Source of the DNA: Octopus vulgaris | Lineage: Eukaryota | Assembly (NCBI GenBank): GCA_951406725.2 | Contig: OX597815.1 | Coordinates: 199,020,001 to 199,084,000, forward strand | Direction of reading: 5' to 3' | Length of the DNA: 64,000 bases | Shown: piece by piece, positions 1-15,010 of the stretch | Layout of the letters: every line of letters begins with the position of its first letter | How positions within the stretch are numbered: the stretch's first letter is position 1 | Notes under the pieces: generated by a model | What the model was told of the DNA's origin: nothing | Databases searched by the model: none | Seen by the model: the letters and a program-made list of their open reading frames with translations, nothing else | Made by a program: the position numbers and the translations under genes

Positions 1-385
1 GCCCGGCGTTGTTCGAGTTTGTAAGGGAAATAACTATATAAGCATTTTTAGAGAGTTATAGCCAAAAAATAGCAAAATAATGCATTAAAAATGGAAAAAA
101 TGATGGTAAATTTTTTTTAAATCGTTGACTCATCGTAGACATTTTTAGAGAGTTACTTCCCTTATATAATAGCGAGAAAAATGCATTAAAATTGAAAAAA
201 AGATGGTAATTTTTTTAAAATCGTAGACTCATCGTAGACGCGCGCTAATACCCAGAAAGGCTCGATATGAATCACGACTATAAGATACCCGGTTTAGGTT
301 AAACTGCACCGCAAAATGTGGGAGTAGTTAGGAATCTAAATCGTAGGAGACAGACAGCACACAAACTCTCTTTTATATATAAAGA
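1..385 (-). mobile_element. Non-autonomous Helitron; 3' CTAG end lies just outside the window start
   Basis: The minus strand starts A|TCTTTATATATAAAAGAG at 385. Bases 1-17 (GCCCGGCGTTGTTCGAG) match the subterminal hairpin region of the element at 56078 (CTAGCAGTATCACCCGGTGTTGCTTAGG). There is an internal ~95-bp tandem duplication (about 43-140 and 140-239). Confidence 0.75.
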
Positions 386-673
386 TATATACACATACAC
401 ATCATACTCACTCATGCACACACACACACATATGTATATGTGCCTCTGTGTGTTTTTGTCAACGGCCTGCGTTTAATTTATCATTGTACTGTGTTAATAA
501 TATTGTCTCCATCTTCGACCGGCTATTTTTGTAAGAATTCTCCAAGTATTGTATTGACGTGTTGTCCGGAATTTAGTTTTATCTGGTGTTGTGTGTGTGT
601 CGAAACAATGAAGTTGCTTCTTGTGAAAATACAGTTTATATACATACATATACATACATACAGATATATTTGT

Positions 674-738
<65 letters not shown>

Positions 739-1135
739 TACATATATATACATATATACATATATATACATATATAAATATATAGATGTACATATATGCA
801 TCTATACATACACACATATATACATATAGATGCATATATGTATACATACATAGATACATACGAAAATATATATCTCTCTTCTCTCTCTCTCTCTCTCTAT
901 CTATGTATATATATATATATACACGCATACACACATATACACACACATATACACACACATATACATATATATATCAAGAGTTTTGGCATGTATGTGAATA
1001 TGAGTCTACTAGCGTGTCTATGATAACGTTAGCAACTATCGTGTGTGTGTGTCTACTCGTATTTGCGTGTGCCCTGTGTATGTGTGCGTGCGTGCGTGTG
1101 TGGGGTTGTGCGTGTGTGTGTGTGTGTGTGTGTGC
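386..1135. repeat. Compound (TA)n/(CA)n/(TC)n/(TG)n microsatellites
   Basis: Directly visible dinucleotide runs. Confidence 0.9.
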
Positions 1136-1639
1136 TAGTGAATTAGTACCTCTACGTATGTGTATAAACCTTATCCTTACATTTGTCTACATACTTGCTC
1201 TGGATTGCATACTTCCTACACGTCTTGACCAAAAAGTAAAAACGCAATTACGGCGTTCCAGTGTCGGAATACCAATTTTGTATACGTGATATGAAGGCAA
1301 TGAAAGATTCAACATCGAGATTAGACCAGAACAATGCAATTCTAGTTCAAGAAAGATATTATTTGGAAACCAAAAAAAAAAAATATATCGGAATATCGCC
1401 AAGCTGCCAGCCTGGCATCAGTAGGAATCTGTTACTGACTAACAAAGAGGAAAGTGAGAAATAACATGATCATTCGCAGACTTTTAGCGGTGAAAGTTTT
1501 ATAACATTTTGGCATAGAACTTTTTCACTGATGTGAGGTTTCCTTTTATTTAAGATTTTTTTCTAAACTTTTTGGTTTTGTTTTTACTGTATGGTACGGG
1601 TAGAGGGTGATTCTGTTTTTCGGGTATCGACAAAATAGT

Positions 1640-1650
1640 CGTAGTAGGAC

Positions 1651-1693
<43 letters not shown>

Positions 1694-1885
1694 TGTTGTT
1701 GTTGTTGTTGTAGTAGCGGTGGTAGTGGTAATGGTAAGAGTAGTTGTAGTAGTAGTAGTACTAGTGTTGTGTTGGTGGTATCCTTATTATTATTAATAGT
1801 AGTAGTAGAATTACTAGTGGTGTGGTGGTTGTGGTGGTATTATTATTATTATTGTTATCATAATTATTATTATTATTATTATCAT

Positions 1886-1918
<33 letters not shown>

Positions 1919-2195
1919 CAGCAGCGGCAGCAGCAGCAGCAGCAGGATTTCGTGTTGTTCTTGTGATAGTGGTACGACAAGAACAAAGGCAAGAACCACA
2001 CATAGTGCCATTACTAATGCTACCACCAATACTGCTGCTTCTGCTATCGCTACAAGTATTACTACAACCTCAACAACAACTACAACAACAACAACAACAA
2101 CACGATGACGACAGCAACAAAACGAAAACAACAATAAGGAAGAGACTAGTGGTGAAGAAAAACGAGAGATGAACGAAAACAACATCTGCTACTGC

Positions 2196-2238
<43 letters not shown>

Positions 2239-2380
2239 TATAATAATAATTATAATAATAATAACAATAAAAATAATAATAATAGTAATACAAATACTAA
2301 TACTACAGTAACCACTGCTAAGACTACTGCTACAGAACACTATTGCCTCAACAGCTACAACAACGAACAAAAACAATTAC
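1640..2380. repeat. Compound trinucleotide microsatellites (TAG, TTG, TAT, CAG, CAA, AAT)
   Basis: Directly visible; source of the homopolymeric ORFs. Confidence 0.9.
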
Positions 2381-2809
2381 AAGAAAAATGACACCAAGAG
2401 AAAGAAGAGATAGAGAAGATGTAATATAAAAATTAATAATAAAACGAAACACACAAAAAAAAACACATAAAAGTTATATGGACAAAGACAATGGAAGTAT
2501 TAAAAGACCCCAACTTCCAAACACATGGAACTGAAGTTCAGGAGAGCAAAACCACATACAAAGACGAAGATAAAAATAATAAAAAAACATGAACGAAACG
2601 AGAAAAAGAAAAGAAAAGGGAAGAAAAGGAAAAGAAATGTAAGATGGTGGAGAAGTAAAAATAAAAAAGACACAATTAATTGACTAAGACAAAGACAATA
2701 TAAAGAAGATGAACGAGAGGAAAGAAAGAAAGAAAGAAGAGAAGAAATATGAAGACTGGCTTGGTTTCATTCTTGATATAATACGTTTGAAACTAAAAAT
2801 GGTTTTAGA

Positions 2810-2886
2810 CATATGTACACACACACACACACATAGATATACATATATATATATATATACATATATATAGAGGACATATGTATATG

Positions 2887-2932
<46 letters not shown>

Positions 2933-2972
2933 TATATGTGTGTCTAAAATTATCTATTTGTGTATACGTATA

Positions 2973-3031
<59 letters not shown>

Positions 3032-3718
3032 AGAGAGAGAGAGAGATGGATACAGACAGACAAATATATATATATACATATATATATGTATATCTATATA
3101 AGTATATTTATATATATATGTATATACATATACATATATGTATATATATATATACATATGTATATATATGTATGTATATATATATATAACACTACTGATA
3201 TGTGTGTATATATATATCACATGTAACTAATACTTGTATATATGCATGGATGTGGGAGCATATATATGTATATGGGAATAGGTATATATGTATGCACATG
3301 TGTATGCTTGGGAGTATGTGTGAGTGTGTCTGTGTGTGTGTGTTTGCATGTGTATGTTTGTGTATGTGTGTGTGTGTGGGAGTGGTTGTGTGGGTGGGTG
3401 GGCGTGTGTGTGTGAGAGTGAGTGTGAATGTGTGTTATTTCTATATATATAAGACTTCTTTTTGACAGATATCTCCCTCAGGATATACAGAGCGACGGCT
3501 TGCGAGGTTCGCAACCGCCGTATACATACGCTTCTCTGTGCGTATGGTATACGAATGCTTATGTATATGTGCATATCTGTATATTTCTGTGTGTTATCTA
3601 CAAAACAGACTAACATAACATATACATGCGTTAAAAGAAATATATACGCGTATACACCCAAAACATACGTACATGCACCATTATTTTTCGCTCTCTGTTT
3701 CACTCTCTGAGTTTTATT

Positions 3719-3749
<31 letters not shown>

Positions 3750-3756
3750 ATGCATG

Positions 3757-3787
<31 letters not shown>

Positions 3788-3982
3788 ACATGTATATACA
3801 TGTATGTATATGTGTACATAGGCGCCTGTGTGCATATATATAATACATAGAAATAGTGTGTATATATATATGTGAATGCATATATACATATATACACACT
3901 CACATACATTTATAGAACGTACATATATGTATGTAGATACATTCGTACACACAATTGCACGCACACACACATACACACATTT

Positions 3983-4045
<63 letters not shown>

Positions 4046-4160
4046 CGCACACAGGTATGTGTGTGAATTTGAATCCGTCTGTGTATGTGTTTTTATGTGT
4101 GTGTGTGTGCGTGCGTGTGTGTGTGCATATAGGTGTGTGTACGTGTGTGTGTGAGTTTAT
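2810..4160. repeat. Compound (TA)n/(TG)n/(CA)n microsatellite field
   Basis: Directly visible. Confidence 0.9.
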
Positions 4161-4615
4161 GTATTGGATAACCTTTATACTGGAATGTATTTGGACATTT
4201 AAATGTTAGTATTTGTGTGTAGTCTGTAACGTATTTTCCCTTCCGTGATGGAGATGTATCGATTTATGAAGTTTTTCCAAGAACTAATTTCCTTTTGTGA
4301 TAATGATATAAAAAGTGAAAACGTATATATATTTCCCTGAAGTTATTATATAACCTTTGCGGTTAAAATCAGCTTGAGATTAGCGCATCACTCGAATGTT
4401 AGGTGTTGAGGCTTCCGGCTAAAATATCATAGGTTCGAATAATATCATGCGTATATCTCTGAGAAAAACACTTATGTATTCGAGGCAATCTATCAGTGAA
4501 CAGGTACCAAGTGACCAATGAACCGAACTGTTGTTATATGTCATGTAATATCTCTTTTAATTTGCTTACCACTACGTAAGTCTTCGTCATCTCAATGTCT
4601 TTCAATGCCTTTCCT

Positions 4616-5140
4616 AAGGCGGCGATCTTGTACAGATGTTGAGGCGCCGGACAAAATGCTAAGCGGCATTTCGTCCGTCATTGTATTCTGAGTTTAGATT
4701 TCGCTGAGGTCGACTTTGCCTATCAACCATTCTGGGTTGATAAAATAAGTATCAGTTAAGCATTGGGGTCGATCTAATCGATTTATCCCCTTCTATGAAA
4801 ATTGCTGGCCTTGCGCTAAAATTTGAAATCAATATTACATCTTTCTTTACGCGACGAGCTGGCAGAATCGTTAGCACGCAGGGCAAAATGCTTCAGATTT
4901 CGGGGTCGATAAAATGAGTACCAGTTGAGCACTGGGGTCGATGTAATCGACTTATCTCCTCCACTGAAACTGCTGGCCTTGTGCCAAAATTTGAAACCAA
5001 TATTACATGTTTCACAAAGCATCGAGCTCGAGCTGGCAGAATCGTTAGCACGCCGGACGATATGCCTAGTAGCATTTCGCCCCTCTGCACATTCTGAGTT
5101 CAAATTCCACCTTGTGCCAAAATTAGAATCTAATATTATA
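4616..5140 (+). mobile_element. Cluster of 3-4 degraded tRNA-derived Nin/Deu-domain SINE pieces
   Basis: Repeated GGCGAGCTGGCAGAATCGTTAGCACG heads and GGGGTCGATAAAATGAGTACCAG Nin-domain motif. Confidence 0.8.
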
Positions 5141-5572
5141 TGTTTCCGTTATTGAAATGGATTAATACTTTGTACAATGGAAATGCTGTTTATCTGAGGT
5201 GTATTTCGTTAGCCTTTTATGCATCTTTCAAATGTAATCGCCTGGTCTTTCGCTTATTACCAACCGAGTCTCACGAAGAATAACTGATTTGGTTAATTGA
5301 CATAATACTAGCTCCATGTTCTATGACCTAACTTGGCAGTGCCTCCTTAAAGGACGCGCTGTGATAAATAATTTGACATAGATGAAGTAAGCGATTTCAA
5401 ATAATAATTTTGAGCGAGGGGGAATAAATTATGAAAACATTCGGAATGAAGATTTAATCTTTTAAAGGTAAACGGCGAAAGAAAACTTTCGTTTCTTTCA
5501 CCCACTCTCTATGAAATTGTTGTGTGAATTACTTAACTTAATGCTGGATTGCATTAACTCGATAAAGTAGAG

Positions 5573-5847
5573 CGTCTGTTCAACTGATACCTGGAGATCC
5601 ATGTAAGCAAAATAGTAAATTTGGGACCCACATTAGTATTTTAAGGAATGTAAAAAAGTATTGCTGCTAGTATGTTTCTTTCTCCATTGTTTTACGCAGT
5701 TCAAAGTAGACAAATTAATGTGAGAAAAAAAATTGGAAGAATCATGTATAAAACCAGTTTATAAACATGGAATAGCTATCGGGACCCACCGGTGTAAAAC
5801 AATAATCAACGGGGACCACAGATGAAGAAACTTGTTAAGAATCACTG
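5573..5847. mobile_element. Degraded hAT/Charlie-like MITE
   Basis: The right end reads CAGTGATTCTTAAC on the minus strand, flanked by CTCTAGAT (Charlie-type target). The left end is degenerate (TAGAG|CGTCTGTTCAAC). Confidence 0.45.
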
Positions 5848-7559
5848 CTCTAGATGAATCTGAAAGATAATGACCCTCATAGAATCGTTGTTTCCTGTAT
5901 AACAAAAAACACCTTATCCAGAATTCTCTGGGACTTCAAATCAAGCATCATACTGAATATCTATTGGTGTTCTATTGATTATTCTTAGCAAAAAATGAAC
6001 TTCTGGTCTGAACTATTCAAGAATACTAAGCAGGTAGGTTATGCAGTCTTCCAGTTACGGTTTGCCAAATACCTTACATGAACAGAGACTACAAAAACAC
6101 GCACTCCTTTTGTAGCTCATCGTTTATTTATTACCTGTAGTATTTTTTTAATATATATATATTGACTACCTCTTTGCTGTTACTTGACACAGACGATATT
6201 AACACTAATGCTTTCTAAGTATTTCAGAAAATATTTTAACTTCGCACAACTAACACACAGCATGTCAGACATGTATAGTCTTCTGCGAATAAACGTCTTC
6301 GGAACGTGCATCAAAGGCACAATCAGCATAGGTATCAAAGCATCAAACAAAGAAAAGGTTTTGTACTCAGAAATACTTGTCTTCGGTTGCACCCCAAGGC
6401 GCAACTAAAGACTCATAACACCGAATGCAATCCACAGTAGAGACTCTTATGCACACGCTATAAACACTGGCTAACAGAAGCTCTGTTCATTCGAAGAGTT
6501 GTTATATCACCGCTATAACGCTTTCTGTTCCTGAACTAATAATCCACGAACTCTCTCACCATAGAACAACCCAATATCTGGTATTTGGTGTTCAAATGAT
6601 TAGTATGATATTTCTCCGTACAAAGTAAGTTTTCATCCTAAAGCTGAGCTGTGACTTGAAACGCTTTGGTTATGGGATATTTTTTTATCAGATTTTCATA
6701 ATGAATACAAACAAGATACATTATGAAATTAGATACATTTTCAGAAGCTTATACTGGCTTTGCTTCGATCCTTGTTAACCATGAACGAGTAAACCTCAGA
6801 CCAACAGAATTCCACCCAAAACCATCACGCTTTTTTTTTGTTGTTTTTCTCAAGAGCATATCTAGAATATATCGTCGTCTTCCTTATTCAAAGTGGTAAG
6901 GTGGAATTTGAGAAAAAGTTGCCTCATATTTCTAGCAGGACAACTTAATACGCAGAAGATCCTTCTTAGAGATCAATGGCACGCTTTTTTTCAATAACGA
7001 CAGTGTATAGTTTCCCTAAAAATCTATGACAGCATAAGCACATTCCAGCATTTAGAAAAAGGAAATGGGCTTTGTTCACTAACCGTAGTTACCAAAGCGT
7101 AAAAATAAACATAATTAACATCTATCTCCACCCTTCTCTATCCCACACTACTTCACTTCCCCCCACCCTCTCTCTTACATTCCTATGTTTAGATTTTACA
7201 TATAAAGTTGGCTTTCTGCTACCCTAAGCCGACTCCTTGTAGTCTAATATATGATTTTTCAGGCTACATGCATATCATAATAATATGGATTATTAATTCC
7301 GGATAACCACACTGTAAACTAGAAACACATATATGCCAATAAGCTATAGACACAGATACGCATGCGTATCGTGAATATGTGTCGGTACGTGCGCATGTGT
7401 GTTTGTATAAAGCAACAAATGGAGACTCAAATGCTGTAGTTTGGACGTTTCATGGATGGCATAACATGGATAAAGTAATAATCGATAATTTGTTATTGAT
7501 TCTGGATAACCAAACAACATATTACAAACACACACATCCATATCCATTTATTTATCTAT

Positions 7560-8140
<581 letters not shown>

Positions 8141-8316
8141 ACATGTGTATAATACTTAACGGTGAAAGAACGTAACAGGTGTTGGTGATAGTAGGTTACG
8201 CTTCAATGTTCAATCTGTGTGGGAACATTCGGAAAATACTTCAGCTAAGGATAATTCATTTTCTGTATTACAAACATAAAGAAATTACGAGAAGCGTATG
8301 TATGTATGTATGTATG

Positions 8317-8367
<51 letters not shown>

Positions 8368-8555
8368 CATATATTTACATATATATATACACAAACTCAT
8401 GCAAGTAAAACATACGATATGTGTATCTGTGCGTATGTGTATATGTATATGCAGATGGGTATATATTTATATACATATGCATACACACGCATATATATAT
8501 ATTCATACATACGTACATATATAAACACTTTTGTGCATATATGATTACATATGTA

Positions 8556-9200
8556 TTATGTCGGAAAGAAAATCCTGTCATATTCCAAGACGGGAAAGAA
8601 TCAAATGTTTCTTTGGTCTTAATTGATATATTCAATCAAGATAACATTTCCCCCATATTATTGATGACATGATCCCCTATATTAGGCAAATTCCTGATCG
8701 CTCAGGCGTAAAATTCAGGTTTCGAAGTAAAGAAAGGCTAAATCATTTTTAACCTGTTCACCGTTAATAAACTGTTTGCCCTCTAAATATTGTTGCAATG
8801 ATATGAAAAGACGATAGCAAGATAGGGTAAAGTAGATGAGGCAAAGCATTCGGATTTTGGTGCCATAATCTTTTCTTTGGGGGTTTGGTCACTATGTGGT
8901 CTTGTTTTCTTGTGTAAGAGAGACAACGCTTTACGACTGACCGATTAATGGTCGACACTTTTTCTGCATATTTTTATGCGATGCTTCCAATTGCCGACAA
9001 CACTTGGCATTAACTGATTCAGTTTTTGCTTAACACTTCCTGATACACAGCTCCTTTCATATCCCACCAAACGCATAGCATAGTTTTTATCGGGTGCAGT
9101 CTTGGTTTGGGGGTGGATTCTCCTTTTTCGTTGCATGCTAACCATTCTGGTTTCCGGTTGATATGATTATAGAGAATTCACTTTTCATCACTTCTGTTGA
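8556..9200 (-). pseudogene. Mariner transposase relic (catalytic domain to C-terminus) with one putative TIR
   Basis: Manual minus-strand translation gives DEK*ILYNHINRKPEWLACNEKGESTPKPRLHPIKTMLCVWWDMKGAVYQEVL...LPHLLYP...LQQYLEGKQFINGEQVKNDL..FFTSKPEFYA*AIRNLP. This matches mariner motifs (GDEKW, LHPKKVMLCVWWD, LPHPPYSP). It has stops and frameshifts. TA|TTATGTCGGAAAGAAAATCCTGTC at 8554 resembles a mariner TIR. Confidence 0.85.
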
Positions 9201-9829
9201 TTCTCCCCGGGTAAGTTCGGTAGTATATCTACATTTCAATAATGAACAGAGGGCAACTTATTTATTTATGCTGAGAAGCTGCCAGGCGATGGGGTACACA
9301 CTGACCTATTTTATAGTTCGTGAAAGGGTTTTATGATCGAAGTGCGACTTGTATTTATATGCTTTAACTAATTCTAGTATAGTTTGCCTTGTATTTTCTT
9401 CAAACTGCATTTTACATCATTGACAAAAATTGGTCCTCCAGATCCAAGGGAATCTGCAAAACGATAAATAAATATAAAACTTTTCCGAGGTCAACGGGCC
9501 AAATTATCGTCGGCATGTTCAGGGAGGTAAAGTTTCATTTCCATCGAGAGAACACATATTTCTTGCCACTTGTATTGGTGAGGAGCGTTTTTTGTATTCG
9601 TACAGCATAGAGTGTATGATATTCGATCTGATTTTAAAACAGTATACAGTAAACCTAATTTTAAACAGTATTCTTGATATGATTTTAGCTATAATGGGAT
9701 AAAACCATCTGCATAGAGAGAGTAAAATAAGCTAAAATTAATGATTTCACCGTATTGGTAAAGTAACCTCAGTGATCGTGTCAAATGCAACAGGACGTTC
9801 TTTCTAACTTAACCTAATACGTATACACA

Positions 9830-9860
<31 letters not shown>

Positions 9861-10149
9861 GCACACACACACATACACACACACACACAAACTGACACGT
9901 ACAGATACAATATACAGTCTGCAATACAGCTGCTCAATCTTGAGCTTGTGGTGTCCTCCAATTCGCAAAAAAAAAATTATGTATGTGTTTGCATATTCTG
10001 ATAATGTCTGGTCTTGAAGTCTACAGAGCGGTGAGATTCTAAGATCTAAAAAGTAAATACGATATTTCTGCTCCACGTTAGTTGCATTTCTTAGATCCAT
10101 TAACATATGGCAAGGACTTTTTACAATTTTCCTTTTGATTCTATGTCAT

Positions 10150-10480
10150 GAGGAGTTGGTCTTCAAACCGCATACGTGGATAATCAACTAAATGGCTTTA
10201 CTTTTGTCGATGAGCTGGAAGGAAGATAGGTGGTTTGTATAACGCCTTTCTGAGTCACCTTCACATAACCCGATCTAATTCTTCTTTAAGTTAGGTTATC
10301 CTATACCCTTAATGTTACTGCTGCCTCACAGACGAGGAATTTATCATGCATGTCTGGTCAAGTGGGCAAGCTCTAAGGTTTCGATAGTTACAAGTGGTTG
10401 TGCTCCCACGGTGATGCTTACGAATTTGCTTTGGAGACACAAGGCATGTAATAAAAACTTGCCTAGACTGCATCTCCACT
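10150..10480 (-). mobile_element. Possible highly degraded RTE-like LINE C-terminal relic
   Basis: Only weak peptide echoes on the minus strand (RMRFEDQL, compare RTE P.LRFKD.LK). Confidence 0.25.
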
Positions 10481-11037
10481 GCATGAAATTATTAGTACTT
10501 CGTACCTGTATACTGTGTACATTAAATGGAATTTATATCGCATTGAAAGGAGTACATTTTTGTTGATCCTACCTTAACGGAAAAGTAAACAATATGCGTG
10601 TGTGAATGTGTGTGTGTATACATCTATATATATATATATATGCGTGTATATATATGTACGTAGATGTTTGTGTGTGTGCATATACCCGACCCCTTAAGAA
10701 TGAATATTCTTTTGTCTGAAGAAATATTTTTCATGTCTGTATACTAAAATATGCACAATTCTATTGTAAGTTTCTGATGTAATTCTATTTAATGATATAT
10801 AGATGTAACGCTAGAAATTTACATCATTATTTTAAAAAATTATAATGTTATAAATGTTATGCTCTCATATGGCCTTGATTGTTATGTTTGAAACAAAAGC
10901 AAGAAGCTATTTTAAGCCAACGGCACTTGAGATACTTCAAGTTGACTTAAAATACACATTTTCCCCATCAGTGAACACGTAGCGTTTGTTAGAAATATAC
11001 CAAGGAAGAATTAAGGCGTTGTGAGTGCACGCGCGCT

Positions 11038-11087
<50 letters not shown>

Positions 11088-11669
11088 CATGCATATTTAA
11101 TAAATGTGTGCGGCGCGTGATTATGTCTTGAGATGAGCAGAAACAATGAGAAATAGACGAAGAGAAAGAGAGGGGGGATGGAGAGCAAAATGGGGGAGAA
11201 GAGAGTAAGCGGAGAATATGAAATTGTACTAAAAATAAACGATCTCAAATCTGTAGTGAAATACATAAAATGTCCATTAGTTTCCATTAACGGGACTCAT
11301 TATAATTATAATCAAGATACTTAACTGTAAAACTTTTAAATAAATACAGCACTTCGTAATAATTTTCCAAATATCTTCAAAATTATGGCATAATTGCTGT
11401 AGAAATTGATAAGAGCTGTAATCTGTCTAGGAGGCATAAAGTTATTTGCTGGGCATGAGTAATATTTGACGTACGACAAATCCAGTTTTCAAGTAATATA
11501 ATTGGCAGATCGCTTGACTTATTTATATTTTTATTTCTATTTTTATATGCATATATAGTGAAAGAAAGCAAGCGCTGGACGCTGTAGGAGAGAGACAAAG
11601 AGTGGCGAAAGGCAAGAAATAGGGAAGGGCATGTAGTACATACACATGTGACTGTGCATATGTATGTAT

Positions 11670-12400
11670 GTGTGATAGCTTTCCGGGTTCAGTCACGCAG
11701 CCTGGAATATTCGGTTTGTGTCCTCTGCAATAGCTCTGAGCCGACCAAATCCGTGTGAGTGGATATTGTAGACGGAAATTGAAAGAAATCCGTCGTATAA
11801 ACCGTCGTATAAATAAATAAATAAATAAATATATATATATATAGTCGAAACTATGCATAGTCCAAAGATGATTAGGGTAAATGTTTTTAATTTCCCTTTG
11901 ATTTCTGAATTACTACTATTTAGCGGTTTGAGTTTAGCTGCTCGTTTTAGTGAGTTGAATGGCCTATTAAGGCCATTCCTTAATATTATTGTTGAATGTA
12001 TATTATATGGTCTTTTGACTATTTTTTCTTTCTCACTAGACCGCTAGTGGCGAAAAAATTTCTATTGAATTTTTTGCTACCCTTATATTGATATATATAT
12101 ATGCATGTATTTATGTATGTATGTGTGTATGTATGTATAGTTATGTGTGTATGTCTTTGTGTCTATAGATGTATGTATAGCTATATGAGTATGTCTCTGT
12201 TTGCCTCCCTAAGCCCGATTGACAATTGGTATTCGTCTGTCTCCGTGCCCCGTAATATAAGGGTTCCGGAACAAAGGCTGATAGAATAAGTACTACACTT
12301 AAAGAAAGATAGGTCCTGGGGTCGATTTCATTGACTAAAACCCTTGAAGACAGTGCCCCAGCATGGTCGCAGTCAAATGACTGAAACAAGTAAAAGATAA
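11670..12400 (+). mobile_element. CORE-like tRNA SINE (head - internal microsatellite - tail), interrupted by an insertion in its TA tract
   Basis: Head CCGACCAAA...GACGGAAATTGAAAGAAATCCGTCG (11675-11810) and tail ...GATAGAATAAGTACT...CAGCATGGTCGCAGTCAAATGACTGAAACAAGTAAAAGA (12190-12400), same family as 45582-46046. Confidence 0.75.
11844..12090 (+). mobile_element. 5'-truncated PLE-type terminal-repeat fragment beginning with a half-hammerhead
   Basis: Starts GTC-GAAA-CTATGCATAG-TC-CAAAG (12-nt palindrome ACTATGCATAGT, then GUC site). Sits between (TA)n tracts inside a SINE. Confidence 0.55.
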
Positions 12401-12427
12401 AATATACATGACACATGTAAATATGCA

Positions 12428-12511
<84 letters not shown>

Positions 12512-12907
12512 TACATACATGCAGTATGTATATGTTTATGTATGTATAGTCTCACGCACTTTCTTCAAGCTTCATTCAATAAACTACTTTTACCAGATGT
12601 AATTTAAATCTAGCGAGTTGTAACAGCAATATTATAAATATGATCATACCACTTGTATAATAAATATTTGAGATTTTCTTCTCTCATCCCCCTCACTCTC
12701 TCTCCTGCTGTCTCTCTCCCTCTCTCCCTCTCTCTCTTGCTCTCTATCGCTTTCTCGGTCTCTCTCTTCCTTTCCCTCTCTCTCTCTCTCTCTTTCTGAA
12801 AAGCTAATACTGGTCATTGTACATTGGCACTTTTCATACAGTGAATGAGCATAACATCAGAACTCATTAAGATGTAACTTTTCCATTGTAATAAATTGTA
12901 TGTTTAA

Positions 12908-13495
12908 GGCGGCGAGCTGGCAGAAACGTTAGCACGCCGGGCAAAATGCGTAGCCGTATTTCGTCTGCCGTTACGTTCTGGGTTCAAATTCCGCCGAGGT
13001 CGACTTTGCCTTTCATCCTTTCGGGGTCGATAAATTAAGTACCAGTTACGCACTGGGGTCGATATAATCGACTTAATCCGATTGTATGCCCGTGTTTGTC
13101 CACTCTGTGTTTAGCCCCTTGTGAGTAGTAAAGAAATAGGTATTTCGTCTGTCGCTACGTTCTGAGTTCAAATTCCGCCGAGGTCGACTTTGCCTTTCAT
13201 CATTTCGGGGTCGATGTAATCGACTTAATCCCTTTGCCTGTCTTTGTTTGTCCCTTCTATTCTTATCCCCTTCTGGGCAATAAAGAAATAAGAAACGTTA
13301 GCATGCCGGGCTAAATGCCTAGCAGTATTTCGTCTGTCTTTATGCTCTGGGTTCAAATTCCGCCCCGGTCGACTTTGCCTTTCATCTTTTCGGGGTCGAT
13401 AAATTAAATACCAGTTGAGTATTGGGATCGATCTAATCGACTGGCCCTCTCCCCCAAAATTTCGAGCCTTGTACCTTGAGTAGAACAGAATAAAG
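12908..13495 (+). mobile_element. Multimeric Nin/Deu-domain tRNA SINE
   Basis: GGCGGCGAGCTGGCAGAAACGTTAGCACG head; three GTTCAAATTCCGCC...GTCGACTTTGCCTTTCATC units. Confidence 0.9.
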
Positions 13496-13629
13496 AGTAC
13501 GTTGTGTGTTATGTATGCAGCTGATGTTTCTGATCTACCTTAGGTCTATCTATTCAATAAACATGGAAAAATTTCTTTTTTATTTCTTCTGCATTACAAT
13601 TTCGGATGAATTAGTTGTATATGCTATGT

Positions 13630-14017
13630 GTGGAGGCGCAATGGCCCAGTGGTTAGGGGCAGCGGACTCGCGGTGGTAGGATCGCGGTTTCGATTCCCAG
13701 ACAGGGCGTTGTGAGTGTTTATTGAGCGAAAACACCTAAAAGCTCCACGAGGCTCCGGCAGGGGATGGTGGTGATCCCTGCTGTACTCTTTCACCACGAC
13801 TTTCTCTCACTCTTACTTCCTGTTTCTGTTGTACCTGTATTTCAAAGGGCCGGCTTTGTCACTCTCTGTGTCACGCTGAATATCCCCGAGAACTGCGTTA
13901 AGAGCACACGTGTCTGTGGAGTGCTCAGCCACTTGCACGTTAATTTCACGAGCAGGCTGTTCCGTTGATTGGATCAACCGGAACCCTCGTCGTCGTAACC
14001 GACGGAGTGCTTCCATC
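13630..14017 (+). mobile_element. Full-length tRNA-derived SINE with 11-bp TSD
   Basis: A box TGGCCCAGTGG and B-box-like GGTTTCGATTCC; perfect direct repeat ATATGCTATGT at 13619-13629 and 14018-14028. Confidence 0.9.
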
Positions 14018-14179
14018 ATATGCTATGTAAAGTATTGATCCAAGTTAAAAAGTGCATTACGTAATATGATGAAATCGTGACCAGTAGATCGCGATTAGTT
14101 TTTTTTTTTTTCAAGATCCAACAAGCTTTCGAGTGCTTATAATCCCTCAGATTTCCTCCTATATGAAGAGCAGATTCCT

Positions 14180-15010
<831 letters not shown>

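Noticed and set aside
440-4209. Numerous ORFs rich in YI/CV/HT dipeptides or homopolymers (also throughout the window)
   Set aside because: Translations of dinucleotide and trinucleotide microsatellites; open on both strands and in several frames.
13630-13705. Possible tRNA gene (also other SINE heads)
   Set aside because: No complete cloverleaf or acceptor stem; continues into a SINE body bounded by a TSD.
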